A stretch of DNA of 64,000 bases, from NCBI GenBank assembly GCA_963974105.1, contig CAXBBG010000001.1, forward strand, positions 706,793-770,792, in the 5' to 3' direction. Below, piece by piece: positions 1 through 9,793 of this stretch (position 1 is its first letter; each line of letters opens with the position of its first letter). The notes beneath the pieces were generated by a model that saw nothing but the letters and a program-made list of their open reading frames with translations, made no database searches and was not told where the DNA came from. The position numbers were made by a program, and so were the translations under genes. Source of the stretch: an uncultured Magnetococcales bacterium. Its GTDB lineage: Bacteria; Pseudomonadota; Alphaproteobacteria; UBA2136.

Positions 1-281
1 TACGTGGCGGGCTTGAAAAGGATTCGCTAGATACCACACTTGCTAGTACGGGAACATTAAGTGATGTTGAAAACTTGCTCGACTCAGAACTTGTTACACG
101 TACTGAAGATGAAGATTTAGAAAAGCTGTGGTTTGAGGTTTATAACGACCTTGAAAGAAGCAATGCGCTTAAAAAGCAAAAACATGAAAATGTACTTGCT
201 GCTGATGTATTCGACGCCAAAACAGGGCAAGATGCATGGGAGCGAATGAAAACTGCACATGGCAAACGTGCAAATAAGTAA
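1..281 (+). CDS. 3' end of a CDS that begins upstream of the window; possibly DNA primase given the usual dnaG-rpoD synteny
   Basis: The frame of ORF 75..281 stays open back to position 3 with no stop, so the gene starts upstream of the window. It ends 50 nt before rpoD. Calling it dnaG is inference from synteny only. Confidence 0.4.
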   Translation, partial: RGGLEKDSLDTTLASTGTLSDVENLLDSELVTRTEDEDLEKLWFEVYNDLERSNALKKQKHENVLAADVFDAKTGQDAWERMKTAHGKRANK

Positions 282-350
282 AAAAACAGTTTAGTTTAGT
301 AAATTTTGCAAACTAAAAAATATTAATGTTGAATGACGAGGATAATATAT

Positions 351-2348
351 ATGAGCGACGTAACGTCCCAAACAGTTGTAGAAAACCAAGCTGGAACAAC
401 AGAAGGTGTTTCTAAAAACGTGGTTAATCGTTTTGAAGGAACTTCAGTAGACTCTGATGATGAGGTTTTTGAAGATGATATGTCTGACGATAGCGGTGAT
501 GATGTAACTGACGCTGTTGGAAAACCTGTTTTGTCAACACGTTCTGAAGAAGATGATGATTCTTCATCTTCTTCTTCAAGTGATGTTTTAGGATCTCACC
601 CAGAATTTTTTGGGGCATCTGATGCTAAACCTGCTAAAAAGAAAACAGCTTCTGACGAATATGGTCGCACAGATGACCCTGTACGTATGTACTTGCGTGA
701 AATGGGTAACGTTGAGCTTTTAACACGTGAACAAGAAGTTCTTATCGCGAAGCGTATTGAGTCTGGTAAAGACGTTATGAATGCGGCTCTTTACTCAACA
801 TCATACACTTACGAAACAATTTTAGCTGTATGGGCTGACATTGAATCTGGTGAAAAATCACTCCGTGAATTGATTGACCTGAACATCGCAATGGGTGGGC
901 CAACTGAAGACGAACTTGTTGAAGTTGAAAATGAAGATGAAGATGCTGACGGTGAAACTGTTGAAGCTAAATCTGATAAAGAAGAAGTGAAAACAGAAAC
1001 TTCGACTGAAAATGAAGAAGTAAAAGCTGATGGTGAAAACGCAGAAGCAAAAGCTGCTGGCGAATCTGAAGAAGAGGAAGAGGAAGAAGAAGAGGACGAA
1101 CACTTCTCACTTGCTGAAATGGAAGAATTGTTAATGCCACGCATGACAGAAATCTTCACAGCTATTGCTGCTTCTTACAAAGAACTTAAAGCTGTACGTG
1201 TTAAATTGACTGAAAAATCAGACAAGCGCAACCTAGCTAAAGAAGAATCTATTGTTGAAACGTTGCTTGACTTGATGAAAGAAGTACCTCTTTCAAATGC
1301 AAGTGGTGAGAGACTTGTAAGCAAGTTTTACGATATTTCTCGTAACTTGACAAAAATCGAAGGCTCTCTAATGCGTCAAGCTGTGGCTTGTGGTGTTGAC
1401 CGTAAAGAGTACTTGAAAGCATACATCGGTAACGAAGGTAGTCCAACTTGGGTTGAAGGCGTTAAGTCTAAGGCCGCTGCTTGGGATACATTTAAAACTG
1501 AATACGCTGGCGATATTGTTATGACAGCGTCATCTATCAGTGAAAACGTTTCAGAAGTATTTTTAGATGTTGAAGGCTTTAAAAGAATTGTAGCCCGCTT
1601 GCGTAAAGGTGAACGTGAAGCTTCTATTGCTAAAAAAGAAATGGTTGAAGCAAACTTGCGTTTGGTTATTTCTATCGCGAAGAAATACGTGAACCGTGGA
1701 TTGCAATTCCTTGATTTGATTCAAGAAGGTAACATTGGTTTGATGAAAGCTGTGGATAAATTTGAATACCGTCGTGGTTATAAGTTCTCTACATATGCTA
1801 CATGGTGGATTCGTCAGGCGATTACACGTTCAATTGCTGACCAGGCGCGTACAATTCGTATTCCTGTTCACATGATTGAAACAATCAACAAAATGGCGCG
1901 TACACAACGTACAATGATGAACGAACTTGGTCGCGAGCCAACCGTTGAAGAGCTTTCAGAAGTGCTTCAAATGCCGGTTGAGAAGGTGCGTAAAGTTCAG
2001 AAGATTGCTAAAGAGCCGATTTCTCTTGAAACACCAGTAGGTGATGAAGACGATTCGAACCTTGGTGACTTCATTGAGGATACAAACGCTGTATTGCCAA
2101 TTGATGCTGCTATGCAAAAGAACTTGCGTGATTCAACAACGAAAACGCTTGCAACGTTAACACCACGTGAAGAACGTGTGCTACGTATGCGTTTTGGTAT
2201 TGGTATGTCTTCTGACCACACATTGGAAGAAGTTGGACAGCAGTTTAACGTAACGCGTGAACGTATTCGTCAAATTGAAGCGAAAGCTTTGAAGAAACTA
2301 CGTCACCCAACACGTGCACGTGTTCTAAAAACATACACAGAGAACTAA
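351..2348 (+). CDS. rpoD: RNA polymerase primary sigma factor sigma-70 (RpoD) with a long acidic poly-Glu insert
   Basis: Regions 2-4 of sigma-70 are unmistakable ([27 protein letters not shown]; region 4.2 [39 protein letters not shown]). I chose ATG 351 (GAGGA RBS 8 nt upstream) over the track's 333, which has no RBS. Confidence 0.95.
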   Translation: MSDVTSQTVVENQAGTTEGVSKNVVNRFEGTSVDSDDEVFEDDMSDDSGDDVTDAVGKPVLSTRSEEDDDSSSSSSSDVLGSHPEFFGASDAKPAKKKTASDEYGRTDDPVRMYLREMGNVELLTREQEVLIAKRIESGKDVMNAALYSTSYTYETILAVWADIESGEKSLRELIDLNIAMGGPTEDELVEVENEDEDADGETVEAKSDKEEVKTETSTENEEVKADGENAEAKAAGESEEEEEEEEEDEHFSLAEMEELLMPRMTEIFTAIAASYKELKAVRVKLTEKSDKRNLAKEESIVETLLDLMKEVPLSNASGERLVSKFYDISRNLTKIEGSLMRQAVACGVDRKEYLKAYIGNEGSPTWVEGVKSKAAAWDTFKTEYAGDIVMTASSISENVSEVFLDVEGFKRIVARLRKGEREASIAKKEMVEANLRLVISIAKKYVNRGLQFLDLIQEGNIGLMKAVDKFEYRRGYKFSTYATWWIRQAITRSIADQARTIRIPVHMIETINKMARTQRTMMNELGREPTVEELSEVLQMPVEKVRKVQKIAKEPISLETPVGDEDDSNLGDFIEDTNAVLPIDAAMQKNLRDSTTKTLATLTPREERVLRMRFGIGMSSDHTLEEVGQQFNVTRERIRQIEAKALKKLRHPTRARVLKTYTEN

Positions 2349-2362
2349 AAATCTTTGTAAAA

Positions 2363-2388
2363 AAGGCACCCTGCGGGGTGCTTTTTTT
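2363..2388 (+). terminator. Rho-independent terminator after rpoD
   Basis: GGCACCC-TGC-GGGGTGC hairpin followed by a T7 run. Confidence 0.6.
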
Positions 2389-2475
2389 ATGTTTTACACC
2401 ATTGGCTTGTTTGTTTTGTTACGTATTTTAAAATAAAGTGCTAACGTGTCGTAAATTTAAAGAGATTGAATAAAC

Positions 2476-2685
2476 ATGGATATGAAATTTATATACGGTA
2501 CAGTTTTTGGCTTTGCGATAGCCGCTTTTTATTATACAGGTACGGCGGGTGAAACGTATCGTTCGGTAATGCCTGCAAAAACAGTTGAAGAGCAAGCGAC
2601 CGATGTTTGGGAACAAACGCAAGGGCACAGCAAGGTGCGCCGTGAATTTAATTACATTACGAAAAAAATAGGCCTAGATTTTTAA
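2476..2685 (+). CDS. small hypothetical protein with a hydrophobic N-terminus
   Basis: ORF of 69 aa. It looks more protein-like than the overlapping antisense ORF 2428..2628. No recognisable motif. Confidence 0.3.
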   Translation: MDMKFIYGTVFGFAIAAFYYTGTAGETYRSVMPAKTVEEQATDVWEQTQGHSKVRREFNYITKKIGLDF

Positions 2686-2724
2686 ATCCAACGCTTAAAA
2701 AATACATATAAAGGTAAAAGTACG

Positions 2725-3672
2725 ATGGAAGAAATTACAAAACTACCAATTTTAAAAACGGTTTGGGCTGCCAATCGTGAATTCTTTAAACAGCTTTTTA
2801 ATGTAAAAGTGTTTTTGACATTTTTATTGCCAACTATGCTTATTTTTGGTTTTGAAAATATGTTGTCGGATGTTATTTCACATAGCCCAGAAAATGTAAG
2901 TTTTGCTGTTGATAGTATGTTGGTTTTAGGGTTTAGCATTGAAACTTTGGCTGCTATTTATTTATTATTAGTACTGGTTTATTTGTTTTTACTGCCTGTT
3001 TTAACGCTAAACTGGCACCGTCATATGATTTTAAATTCAGATTTAAAATTAAACCCTATTGGCCGGTTTAAATTATTAGGGCGCTTTGTGCGTAAGGTTG
3101 TTTGGATATGGCTTGTGATGATGTGCCTTGCTATACCCATGGTGTTATTGGGATATGCTTTGTTACTTTCTTACGCCACATTTTTAACTTGGGTGGATAA
3201 TTTATGGATTGCAGCACCCATTTGTTTGCTTGTTGCTGTTGTGATTGCATGGATGTGGGTGAAATTGATTTTAACATGGACGCGTATGACCTTGTTATTA
3301 CCAGCAACTGCTGTAAATGTTCAGTTAAATATTCGTGAGATTATGAGTATTTCTAAACTGTGTGCTGGGCGGTTGTTTGTGACACAATTTTTAGCTGTAG
3401 TGGCGCCATTATTATTGATTGTTGCCGTGGTTTCCTTGTTTATTTGGGGGTTAAGTGGTGTAGAGTTTTTAGAGCCGTCGACCTTTATGTTTGTGACTCT
3501 TGTTTTTCTGGGTGGATTAGTGAGCGTGTTCTTTACTGTTGTGCCTATTGGTGTTCTTTCTATCTTTTACATGCATTATATTGTGCCTCAATTGCCTAAA
3601 ATTGAAAAAATGCGTGCTGAAAAAGAAGCTTTAGACGCAATTGAACAAGAAGGGCAGACCCCATCTGAATAA
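2725..3672 (+). CDS. polytopic membrane protein, function unknown
   Basis: 315-aa ORF with many hydrophobic segments. AAAGG RBS lies upstream of the ATG. A terminator follows. Confidence 0.55.
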   Translation: MEEITKLPILKTVWAANREFFKQLFNVKVFLTFLLPTMLIFGFENMLSDVISHSPENVSFAVDSMLVLGFSIETLAAIYLLLVLVYLFLLPVLTLNWHRHMILNSDLKLNPIGRFKLLGRFVRKVVWIWLVMMCLAIPMVLLGYALLLSYATFLTWVDNLWIAAPICLLVAVVIAWMWVKLILTWTRMTLLLPATAVNVQLNIREIMSISKLCAGRLFVTQFLAVVAPLLLIVAVVSLFIWGLSGVEFLEPSTFMFVTLVFLGGLVSVFFTVVPIGVLSIFYMHYIVPQLPKIEKMRAEKEALDAIEQEGQTPSE

Positions 3673-3701
3673 TATCGTTTGTATGATGTTACCGAAATCA
3701 G

Positions 3702-3730
3702 CGCCTTGACTTCTGTCAGGGCGTTTTTTG
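3702..3730 (+). terminator. Rho-independent terminator
   Basis: CGCCTTGAC..GTCAGGGCG hairpin followed by TTTTTTG. Confidence 0.5.
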
Positions 3731-3825
3731 TTGGCAAAGTGTATTTTTTACAAGTTAAAGTTATATTTGAATGTGTGAGACAACTTAAAAAGTGTTTTTC
3801 AGGTAAAGCAATGAAGAGGTGAAAA

Positions 3826-4140
3826 ATGTTAGCAACATTTGCAAATAAATTACAAGAGAAAAAAGTGCCGACCAGCAATGTACCGTTGGTCTATTATACT
3901 CATAATTTTCGCTGCCCTGTTGATGTATGGTTTGAACGTAGTTACAAAAATAAATTTGGGTGGGTTGTGCAATTTAAGGCTAAAAGCAACCGTGTTTTGG
4001 AAGAGTTTAGAGGTGATATTTTTAAACAAGCTATTCATTATATTGAAAGGCGTACAAAACGCCCAGTAACGGAAGTTTCATTTGATGAAATATTGGAATT
4101 GGCTGAGGCGCTTGAAATAAAAAAAGTAACACTCCATTAA
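3826..4140 (+). CDS. hypothetical protein
   Basis: 104-aa ORF with a strong RBS (AAGAGGTGAAAAATG). Confidence 0.5.
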   Translation: MLATFANKLQEKKVPTSNVPLVYYTHNFRCPVDVWFERSYKNKFGWVVQFKAKSNRVLEEFRGDIFKQAIHYIERRTKRPVTEVSFDEILELAEALEIKKVTLH

Positions 4141-4164
4141 AGGTAGGCAAAAGGGATATATAGT

Positions 4165-4563
4165 ATGAATATTAAGTCAGTGCTTGAAGGTAGAAAAAGA
4201 CAAGTATCCAGCATACGGTTATTTGACAAGGTTGACGATACAATAAGGTTCTTCAGCAATACAAATTGCAAAGCAGCAGTTGTTTTAGACGATAAGCAGT
4301 CGCTTTGTGGTATTGTTACAGAACACGATTTGGTGCATTGTTTGGGGGAGCGGGGAAATGCTGCAGCCGATGATACCATTGACGATATTATGTCTCTTGA
4401 CTTGGTTGTTTGCACACCTGAAACAGCGATAAGAGAAGCTATTAAACTTATGTCACAGCATAAAATCCATCACTTACCTGTTGTGAGTGAAGCAGGGCAC
4501 TTGGTTGGCTTTGTGGATATGATGGAAGTAATGGTTAAATACATTGATAGTATGCCAGACTAA
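4165..4563 (+). CDS. CBS-domain pair protein
   Basis: Two CBS-like halves (…AVVLDDKQSLCGIVTEHDLV… and …HKIHHLPVVSEAGHLVGFVDMMEV). Confidence 0.7.
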   Translation: MNIKSVLEGRKRQVSSIRLFDKVDDTIRFFSNTNCKAAVVLDDKQSLCGIVTEHDLVHCLGERGNAAADDTIDDIMSLDLVVCTPETAIREAIKLMSQHKIHHLPVVSEAGHLVGFVDMMEVMVKYIDSMPD

Positions 4564-4597
4564 TATGAATTTTAACTGCTACTAAAACGTCTAATAA

Positions 4598-5563
4598 TTA
4601 TATTATAGCGCTGATATCATCAATTTGAATGCCAAGTTCAATATATAAGTCTGCTTTGCCGTATTGGTAATGTGCATAAGTGTGCTCTCCTATGGTTGTG
4701 TTTTCTTGGATGTTTGCCTTGCTGAGATTTTCAATATGTACGCTGTCACCTATATTACCGTTTACAAAAATTGAATCGGTATCACTTAATTTTACAACAT
4801 CTTTTAGGTCTAAATAAACTTCTTCATTGTTGTCATTATCCATGTCAATTTGTTCTATCCTTTTAAAGGATTTAGTGTTTATGTGAATGACTTCTTGGGG
4901 TTCTATGATGATGGTATCATTACCTCTTCCGCCTTGAATTAGTGTATCTTGTGCGTCAACAATTAGAGTATCATCACCATTTCCGCCTCTCAGCTGGTCT
5001 GCCCCGTCATTGCCACGTAATGTATCGTCACCTTTTCTACCGTATATCTTGTCGTCGCCAGCACCACCTTCTAAGTTATCATTAAATTTGTTTGAACCTT
5101 TAATGACTTGGTTGGTGACAGGAGCTGTTTCCTCTTCTTCTGGCTGAGGAGTAATTATTTCATCTATGGAAGGTATTGACGGCGTCAATGATTCAACCTC
5201 TTGGGTTGGGTTCATAAACCTATCTGCATTTTCCTCAATGTGTGGAAAAATACTTTCTGAAGGCTCGATAAGGTTATGGCTTTTATGGCTGTAATGGGTT
5301 TGCACAGAGGATAAGAGGTTATGAAGAGGCATAACTGACTCTTGTGTGTTGTAGATTGCTGAACCTATATGTGTTGTCAGGGTGTGTATAGGGTATGCTG
5401 GTCCAGCAGAGGGCTCTACTTGCCATAGGGTGTTTGAATTTTCCCACTGTGCAAACTCTTGTGACGTGTTTACGTTTTGTTGTAATTCTTCTGTGTTCTC
5501 GTCAACTTTTTCTAAAATTTCTAGTGTTTCAACTTTGTTAAGTTCTGCTTTTTGATTTGTCAT
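4598..5563 (-). CDS. RTX-type calcium-binding repeat protein, putative T1SS substrate
   Basis: Tandem GGxGxDxUx nonapeptides (GGAGDDKIYGRKGDDTLRGNDGADQLRGGNGDDTLIV…GGRGNDTIII). The N-terminus is acidic and Gln-rich. There is no N-terminal signal peptide. Confidence 0.65.
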   Translation of the reverse strand: MTNQKAELNKVETLEILEKVDENTEELQQNVNTSQEFAQWENSNTLWQVEPSAGPAYPIHTLTTHIGSAIYNTQESVMPLHNLLSSVQTHYSHKSHNLIEPSESIFPHIEENADRFMNPTQEVESLTPSIPSIDEIITPQPEEEETAPVTNQVIKGSNKFNDNLEGGAGDDKIYGRKGDDTLRGNDGADQLRGGNGDDTLIVDAQDTLIQGGRGNDTIIIEPQEVIHINTKSFKRIEQIDMDNDNNEEVYLDLKDVVKLSDTDSIFVNGNIGDSVHIENLSKANIQENTTIGEHTYAHYQYGKADLYIELGIQIDDISAII

Positions 5564-5751
5564 TGTAATTTTCTCCCTATTTATCGTTACATGCTAAGAT
5601 GCAAACTTTATGCCATGTTGTATACATGTTTGTTTTTAGGGAGAGAAGGGGAGAGGTGGAAGGGTGCCTTTATAAGAAATTCACCTTAGCTAGCAGTGTA
5701 AACAGAGCTTCGTAGTTGAGTAAGAAGCTCCACCTACTTTGACGGGTTTAA

Positions 5752-7455
5752 TTACCGTTCCTTATCTTCATACATGCCGTTATCAGCTATTTGTAGAAGG
5801 TCTTTTGCTGTTGTGGCGTCTGTAGGGAAGGTTGCTGTACCAATACTTACACCAATAGCTATATCTGTATCTACGATATTTGTTTTAAATGGCTTATTGA
5901 TGGCGGCCTTGATTTTATCTATGTAGAAGTTAGCTTTGTCTTTATCACATTTTATCAACACAACAAATTCGTCTCCGCCAATACGGGCAATTGTTGATGC
6001 TTTAGGAAGTGTAGCTGTTAAGCGGGTTGCCACTTCTTTTAATATTGCATCACCAGCTTCATGACCGTAAGTGTCATTTACAGGTTTAAATTTATTCAGA
6101 TCAAGGAAGAAGACTGTGAATTTAGCCTTGGATACTGTACCAGCTTTAAGGGCCGCCATGAAGGCTGTGCGGTTATCTAAGCCTGTTAATGCATCACTCA
6201 GGGCAACGTTCTGCCTAAACCTTCTTGAAACTTCTTGCGATATTTCTGAAACAAAAGCATCTCGACCTTTACCATCACGGATAACTTCTATTGCAGCTTC
6301 TGGAACATCTAAAAGTTCTGCAGCTGTTTTGACGCAGCCTTTGCAGTGTTCGATTGAGGCGATGACTGTTTCATAGTCGTCCATTCCGTGAGATACTTGG
6401 CGAATGGTTATATCCTCTTTTTGGATAGACATGGCACGTTTAATGTCATCCCAAAGTGAGCCTGTTCTTTCTTTCTTGACGGCGGTTCGTACGCGTAAAA
6501 AAACAGAAAGAGCAGATCCGAATGTAATAATAAAACATGCAATAAGGAGTTGATACCCACGTTCACCTTCAAACACACTTTCATTCTTAGAAAAAGCAGA
6601 TGTGAAGGATAAGAGCCATTCGGCAGCTAATGTTAATAAGGGTACAAATGCCATTAAAGCAATAATGTTATCCGACTTAATTTTATAACTCGCAGACCAA
6701 AAGAAATATCTATAAATAGATGATAGAAAAACGCCATACAAAAGACCTAACCAAATACTAGAAGGGTGCGCGTAGCGTGCAATGTCTGGGAAAAATGCTA
6801 AATACTCTGATTGCGGTAATACATATTGTTTGAATATTGAACCTATAATGGCAAATAGTAAAAACATCATACTTGTAATAAAGGAGACAAATCCAACAAC
6901 GCGCGCTTTATCACGCATATTACCACTTTCTTGAGCTTGTTCGGACTGTTTATGTGTTTCTGCAAAGATAACTTCTCCAGCCTGTACAATACCAGTTGCT
7001 AACGCTAAATAAAATATAACCCAAATAACGTCTCTGTCTTGAAGTGAGAAAAGGTAAGCTAGCCCAATACCTACAAAAACAAGCCCTATCAAGTCAGTTT
7101 TAGGTTGGGCGCGTTTAAAGAAGAATAAGGATGCAAGAAATGAAACAGGGATAGCAAATCTACCAAACAAGCTCATTTCTGTTGCGCTTACATAGCGCGT
7201 TAAGTAAACATCTAAAACAAATATGCCGATGGATGCAATGCCATAAAACCAAGTTGATGGGTTTTTTAATGTGTTTCCAACCAGTTTGCCTGGGCCAGCA
7301 AAAATTGATAATACAAGAGAGGCTGATACAATCGATATAGCTGCAAAAACAACAGCTTCTATATCAAAGTTCATAGAAGCAAAGCGAATGAGTATATTAA
7401 AGCAACTTGCTAGAATAACAAGTGTAAATGCTTGTAAAATTCCGGTTAAATACAT
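5752..7455 (-). CDS. membrane-anchored diguanylate cyclase (multi-TM N-terminus plus GGDEF domain), paralog 1
   Basis: The C-terminal GGDEF domain carries an intact RxGGDEF motif (ARIGGDEFVVLI) and DLNKFKPVNDTYGH. The N-terminal ~330 aa are hydrophobic. Confidence 0.85.
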   Translation of the reverse strand: MYLTGILQAFTLVILASCFNILIRFASMNFDIEAVVFAAISIVSASLVLSIFAGPGKLVGNTLKNPSTWFYGIASIGIFVLDVYLTRYVSATEMSLFGRFAIPVSFLASLFFFKRAQPKTDLIGLVFVGIGLAYLFSLQDRDVIWVIFYLALATGIVQAGEVIFAETHKQSEQAQESGNMRDKARVVGFVSFITSMMFLLFAIIGSIFKQYVLPQSEYLAFFPDIARYAHPSSIWLGLLYGVFLSSIYRYFFWSASYKIKSDNIIALMAFVPLLTLAAEWLLSFTSAFSKNESVFEGERGYQLLIACFIITFGSALSVFLRVRTAVKKERTGSLWDDIKRAMSIQKEDITIRQVSHGMDDYETVIASIEHCKGCVKTAAELLDVPEAAIEVIRDGKGRDAFVSEISQEVSRRFRQNVALSDALTGLDNRTAFMAALKAGTVSKAKFTVFFLDLNKFKPVNDTYGHEAGDAILKEVATRLTATLPKASTIARIGGDEFVVLIKCDKDKANFYIDKIKAAINKPFKTNIVDTDIAIGVSIGTATFPTDATTAKDLLQIADNGMYEDKER

Positions 7456-7664
7456 TAGCTAACCTTCCCTGTAAAAATGGCGAGCATGATAAAGACAGCT
7501 AAAACACCAACCATAAGTGCAATAGAAGAAGCCCAAGCGTAAATATCTGCCTGTGTGGCAGAGGAGATGATAAGCATGTCTTCACGGCGTTCATTTACAG
7601 TACGACGTTTAGGCTTATTTTTCCTACGTGCCGAGGAGGGGGTTGTTTGTTTTGTTTTTGTCAT
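7455..7664 (-). CDS. small basic N-terminus plus single-TM peptide, partner of DGC paralog 1
   Basis: The start was moved to the ATG that matches the paralog (MTKTKQTTPSSARRKNKPKRR…). The stop overlaps the DGC start, so the two genes are coupled. The paralog sits at 17338..17529. Confidence 0.5.
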   Translation of the reverse strand: MTKTKQTTPSSARRKNKPKRRTVNERREDMLIISSATQADIYAWASSIALMVGVLAVFIMLAIFTGKVS

Positions 7665-7760
7665 TGTTTGCCCTGATATTTGATTTACCATTTATAGTGT
7701 AAGTGTTTAGGTATAAAAATACAATCACAGCTTAACCTCGTTTACATATAAAAATATTGT

Positions 7761-8660
7761 TTATCGGTTTAAAACATCCAATAATAAAATTATCCCGATG
7801 GATATAATGGTCAGTGCGCCAAATAACTCTAGGAGGATATACCAAAAAGACGTGTTACTTTCTTTTGTGAGGCGGTCGATAACTTTTTTCTTGCCATAAA
7901 TGCAAATGGTACCAATGGAAATCATTGTAATGGCCATGCCAAGGGCGATGAATGAAACCATAAAAAGACCAAGCCAAAGCACGTCATATGCCATGGCATA
8001 AACAAGAATCAGTAAGGAACCTGTGCAAGGTACGGCGCCCACAGCCCATGATAAAATTGTTTCCTTTTTACTTTTGTGATGGTGCTGGCTGTTACAATGG
8101 CTGCAACTGTTCGCATGTTTGTCATTTTTTATCCATTGACGCATAGCTTGATAAAACATAAATAAACCGATAAAGCTAATGATGCTATAGCTCAATACTT
8201 TTGCCCAAAATACTTGTTGCTCTGGGTTTGTTAAAACATTTTTAAGGGTTAAATTTGCAATTAACACAATTAAAATGGCGCCGCCTACATGGCTTAAAGC
8301 TACTTGAACACCTACCCAAATACCACGTGAAATATGTGCGCCATTGGTTAAAAAATAACTGGCAACAACCATTTTTCCGTGCCCTGGGCCAAGAGTGTGG
8401 ATTATGCCATAAAGAAAAGCAGCAGCAGCGCTGGCAAAAACAACAGCCCATGAAGGGTTATCCTTTAACACCTTCATGCGTTTTGGTATTTCTCGGTTAA
8501 TAACAATGCTCCACTTGGTAATTTGTTTTTGCACAGAAGTGAAAATGGTATGAGACGAATTTGCTTGAATTTGTGTTTCGCTTGCATGCATAGAAGGCAA
8601 CGCATAGCTTTGCGAAATAGCTATAGCAAGTACAAAAATTAAGGTGGCGATCAATTTCAT
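7761..8660 (-). CDS. RcnA/COG2215-family nickel/cobalt transporter-like membrane protein
   Basis: The motifs HTLGPGHGK and GAVPCTGS parallel E. coli RcnA's HGLEPGHSK and GGLIPCPAA. A His/Cys-rich loop is present (CSHCNSQHHHKSK). Confidence 0.7.
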   Translation of the reverse strand: MKLIATLIFVLAIAISQSYALPSMHASETQIQANSSHTIFTSVQKQITKWSIVINREIPKRMKVLKDNPSWAVVFASAAAAFLYGIIHTLGPGHGKMVVASYFLTNGAHISRGIWVGVQVALSHVGGAILIVLIANLTLKNVLTNPEQQVFWAKVLSYSIISFIGLFMFYQAMRQWIKNDKHANSCSHCNSQHHHKSKKETILSWAVGAVPCTGSLLILVYAMAYDVLWLGLFMVSFIALGMAITMISIGTICIYGKKKVIDRLTKESNTSFWYILLELFGALTIISIGIILLLDVLNR

Positions 8661-9254
8661 TTAAGCTCCTGCGCAGTTGATTTTATATGTTTCAGGGTTA
8701 ACTAAACCACCATAGATCGAAATATTTTTATTTTCTTCTAATTCATATTTGCAAATGGCATGTTGAGGTAAGGTTAAGTCGTAACTTTGTTCAAAAGAAA
8801 TATAAAATTCTGGATCAAAAAAGCCAATATCATGTGTTCCGTTTATAGGTGCAGGTTGGTCGAGTATGATTGAAAATTGATAGTGTAATGTTTCGTCTTC
8901 AGCCATCCAAATTGTGGGGTTTTGGAATTTAAACGTGTGTGTTTTTCCGTTAAAACGCAAATATATAAATGGAAATAAAGATTCTGGATTTTCTTTGAAA
9001 ACAGTTTGAATTGCATATTCGGTTTCAGACTTTTCTAATTTCATGTTTTTGTTGAGGTCGGCGTCTTGTAAAAAAGCGACGCTGTATAATTCGTCAAATT
9101 TCCACAACACCTTTAAGCCTGTTATTTGGTTAGAATCTGTTAAAATTTCGACGTCGGTGTAAGCCCAAATATGTGGGTGTGCCTGCGCTACCTGCGCCGA
9201 AAATGTAAAAAGAAATAGAAATAGAAATTGTGTCGTTATTGACATGACGCGCAT
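8661..9254 (-). CDS. DUF1007-family periplasmic protein, the usual partner of COG2215 transporters
   Basis: A signal peptide is followed by an HPHIW motif at the mature N-terminus. It sits immediately upstream of and abuts the RcnA-like gene. Confidence 0.65.
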   Translation of the reverse strand: MRVMSITTQFLFLFLFTFSAQVAQAHPHIWAYTDVEILTDSNQITGLKVLWKFDELYSVAFLQDADLNKNMKLEKSETEYAIQTVFKENPESLFPFIYLRFNGKTHTFKFQNPTIWMAEDETLHYQFSIILDQPAPINGTHDIGFFDPEFYISFEQSYDLTLPQHAICKYELEENKNISIYGGLVNPETYKINCAGA

Positions 9255-9679
9255 AGCCCTAAAACTTCAATATTTGTTTCTAATGGTTTGAAATTTGATT
9301 TTTTAGCCGAGTTTTCAATGATGGAAGCTTGCTCCGAAAAATCAATTTCTTTAATTTCATGACAATTTGTACAAATTAAAAACTCAGAAATATGAGCTTC
9401 TTTGTGGGCATGGGTACAGGCAATATAAGCATTAATGCTGGAAATATGATGCGCTAAACCAATTTCTGTTAAAAATTCTAACGCACGGTAAGTAATGGGC
9501 GGTTGTTTATTTTCAATAAATTGCATAAGTTCTTTTGCTGTTAAGGCTTTGTGCGACGAAATAAGTGCCTCAAAAACTTGGCGACGGCTTTCTGTAAAGC
9601 GGTGGCTGTGCTTTTCACATAACATTTCTGCTGTTTGAACAGCTTCTATTTCACATTGGTGATGTTGTTGGCAACCCAT
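9236..9679 (-). CDS. Fur-family metalloregulator, Zur-like
   Basis: Fur fold with HxH and CxxC…CxxC elements (CTNCHEIKEIDF). I placed the start at MGCQQHH, where GGAGG sits 5 nt upstream, rather than at the track's longer N-terminus. The gene overlaps the DUF1007 gene start, so they form an operon. Confidence 0.8.
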   Translation of the reverse strand: MGCQQHHQCEIEAVQTAEMLCEKHSHRFTESRRQVFEALISSHKALTAKELMQFIENKQPPITYRALEFLTEIGLAHHISSINAYIACTHAHKEAHISEFLICTNCHEIKEIDFSEQASIIENSAKKSNFKPLETNIEVLGLCASCQ

Positions 9680-9712
9680 AAAAACTCCTCCATATTTCAT
9701 TTGACATCGTAG

Positions 9713-9750
9713 TGTTAATCTGTAACAAATGCAAATGTTAATTTTTAACA
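9713..9750. promoter_or_regulatory. two tandem Zur-box-like palindromes in the divergent promoter region
   Basis: TGTTAATCTGTAACA at 9713-9727 and a perfect 6-3-6 palindrome TGTTAATTTTTAACA at 9736-9750. Both lie between the fur-family gene and the divergent His-rich gene. Confidence 0.4.
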
Positions 9751-9793
9751 GAAACACCTCAATTTTTTACCCTTATTATTTAAGGAGCTCTTT

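Noticed and set aside
2428-2628. Minus-strand 66-aa ORF.
   Set aside because: Overlaps the more protein-like plus-strand ORF 2476..2685. The sequence is Arg/Cys-rich and looks like junk.
5564-5751. Imperfect inverted repeat (AGGTGGAAG…AAGCTCCACCT) between the RTX gene start and the DGC1 end.
   Set aside because: The arms are short and mismatched and are separated by ~55 nt. That is too weak to call a terminator or riboswitch.
8242-8500. Cys/Trp-rich overlapping ORFs 8242..8451 (-) and 8255..8500 (+).
   Set aside because: They lie inside or opposite the RcnA-like membrane protein gene. They are compositionally aberrant.
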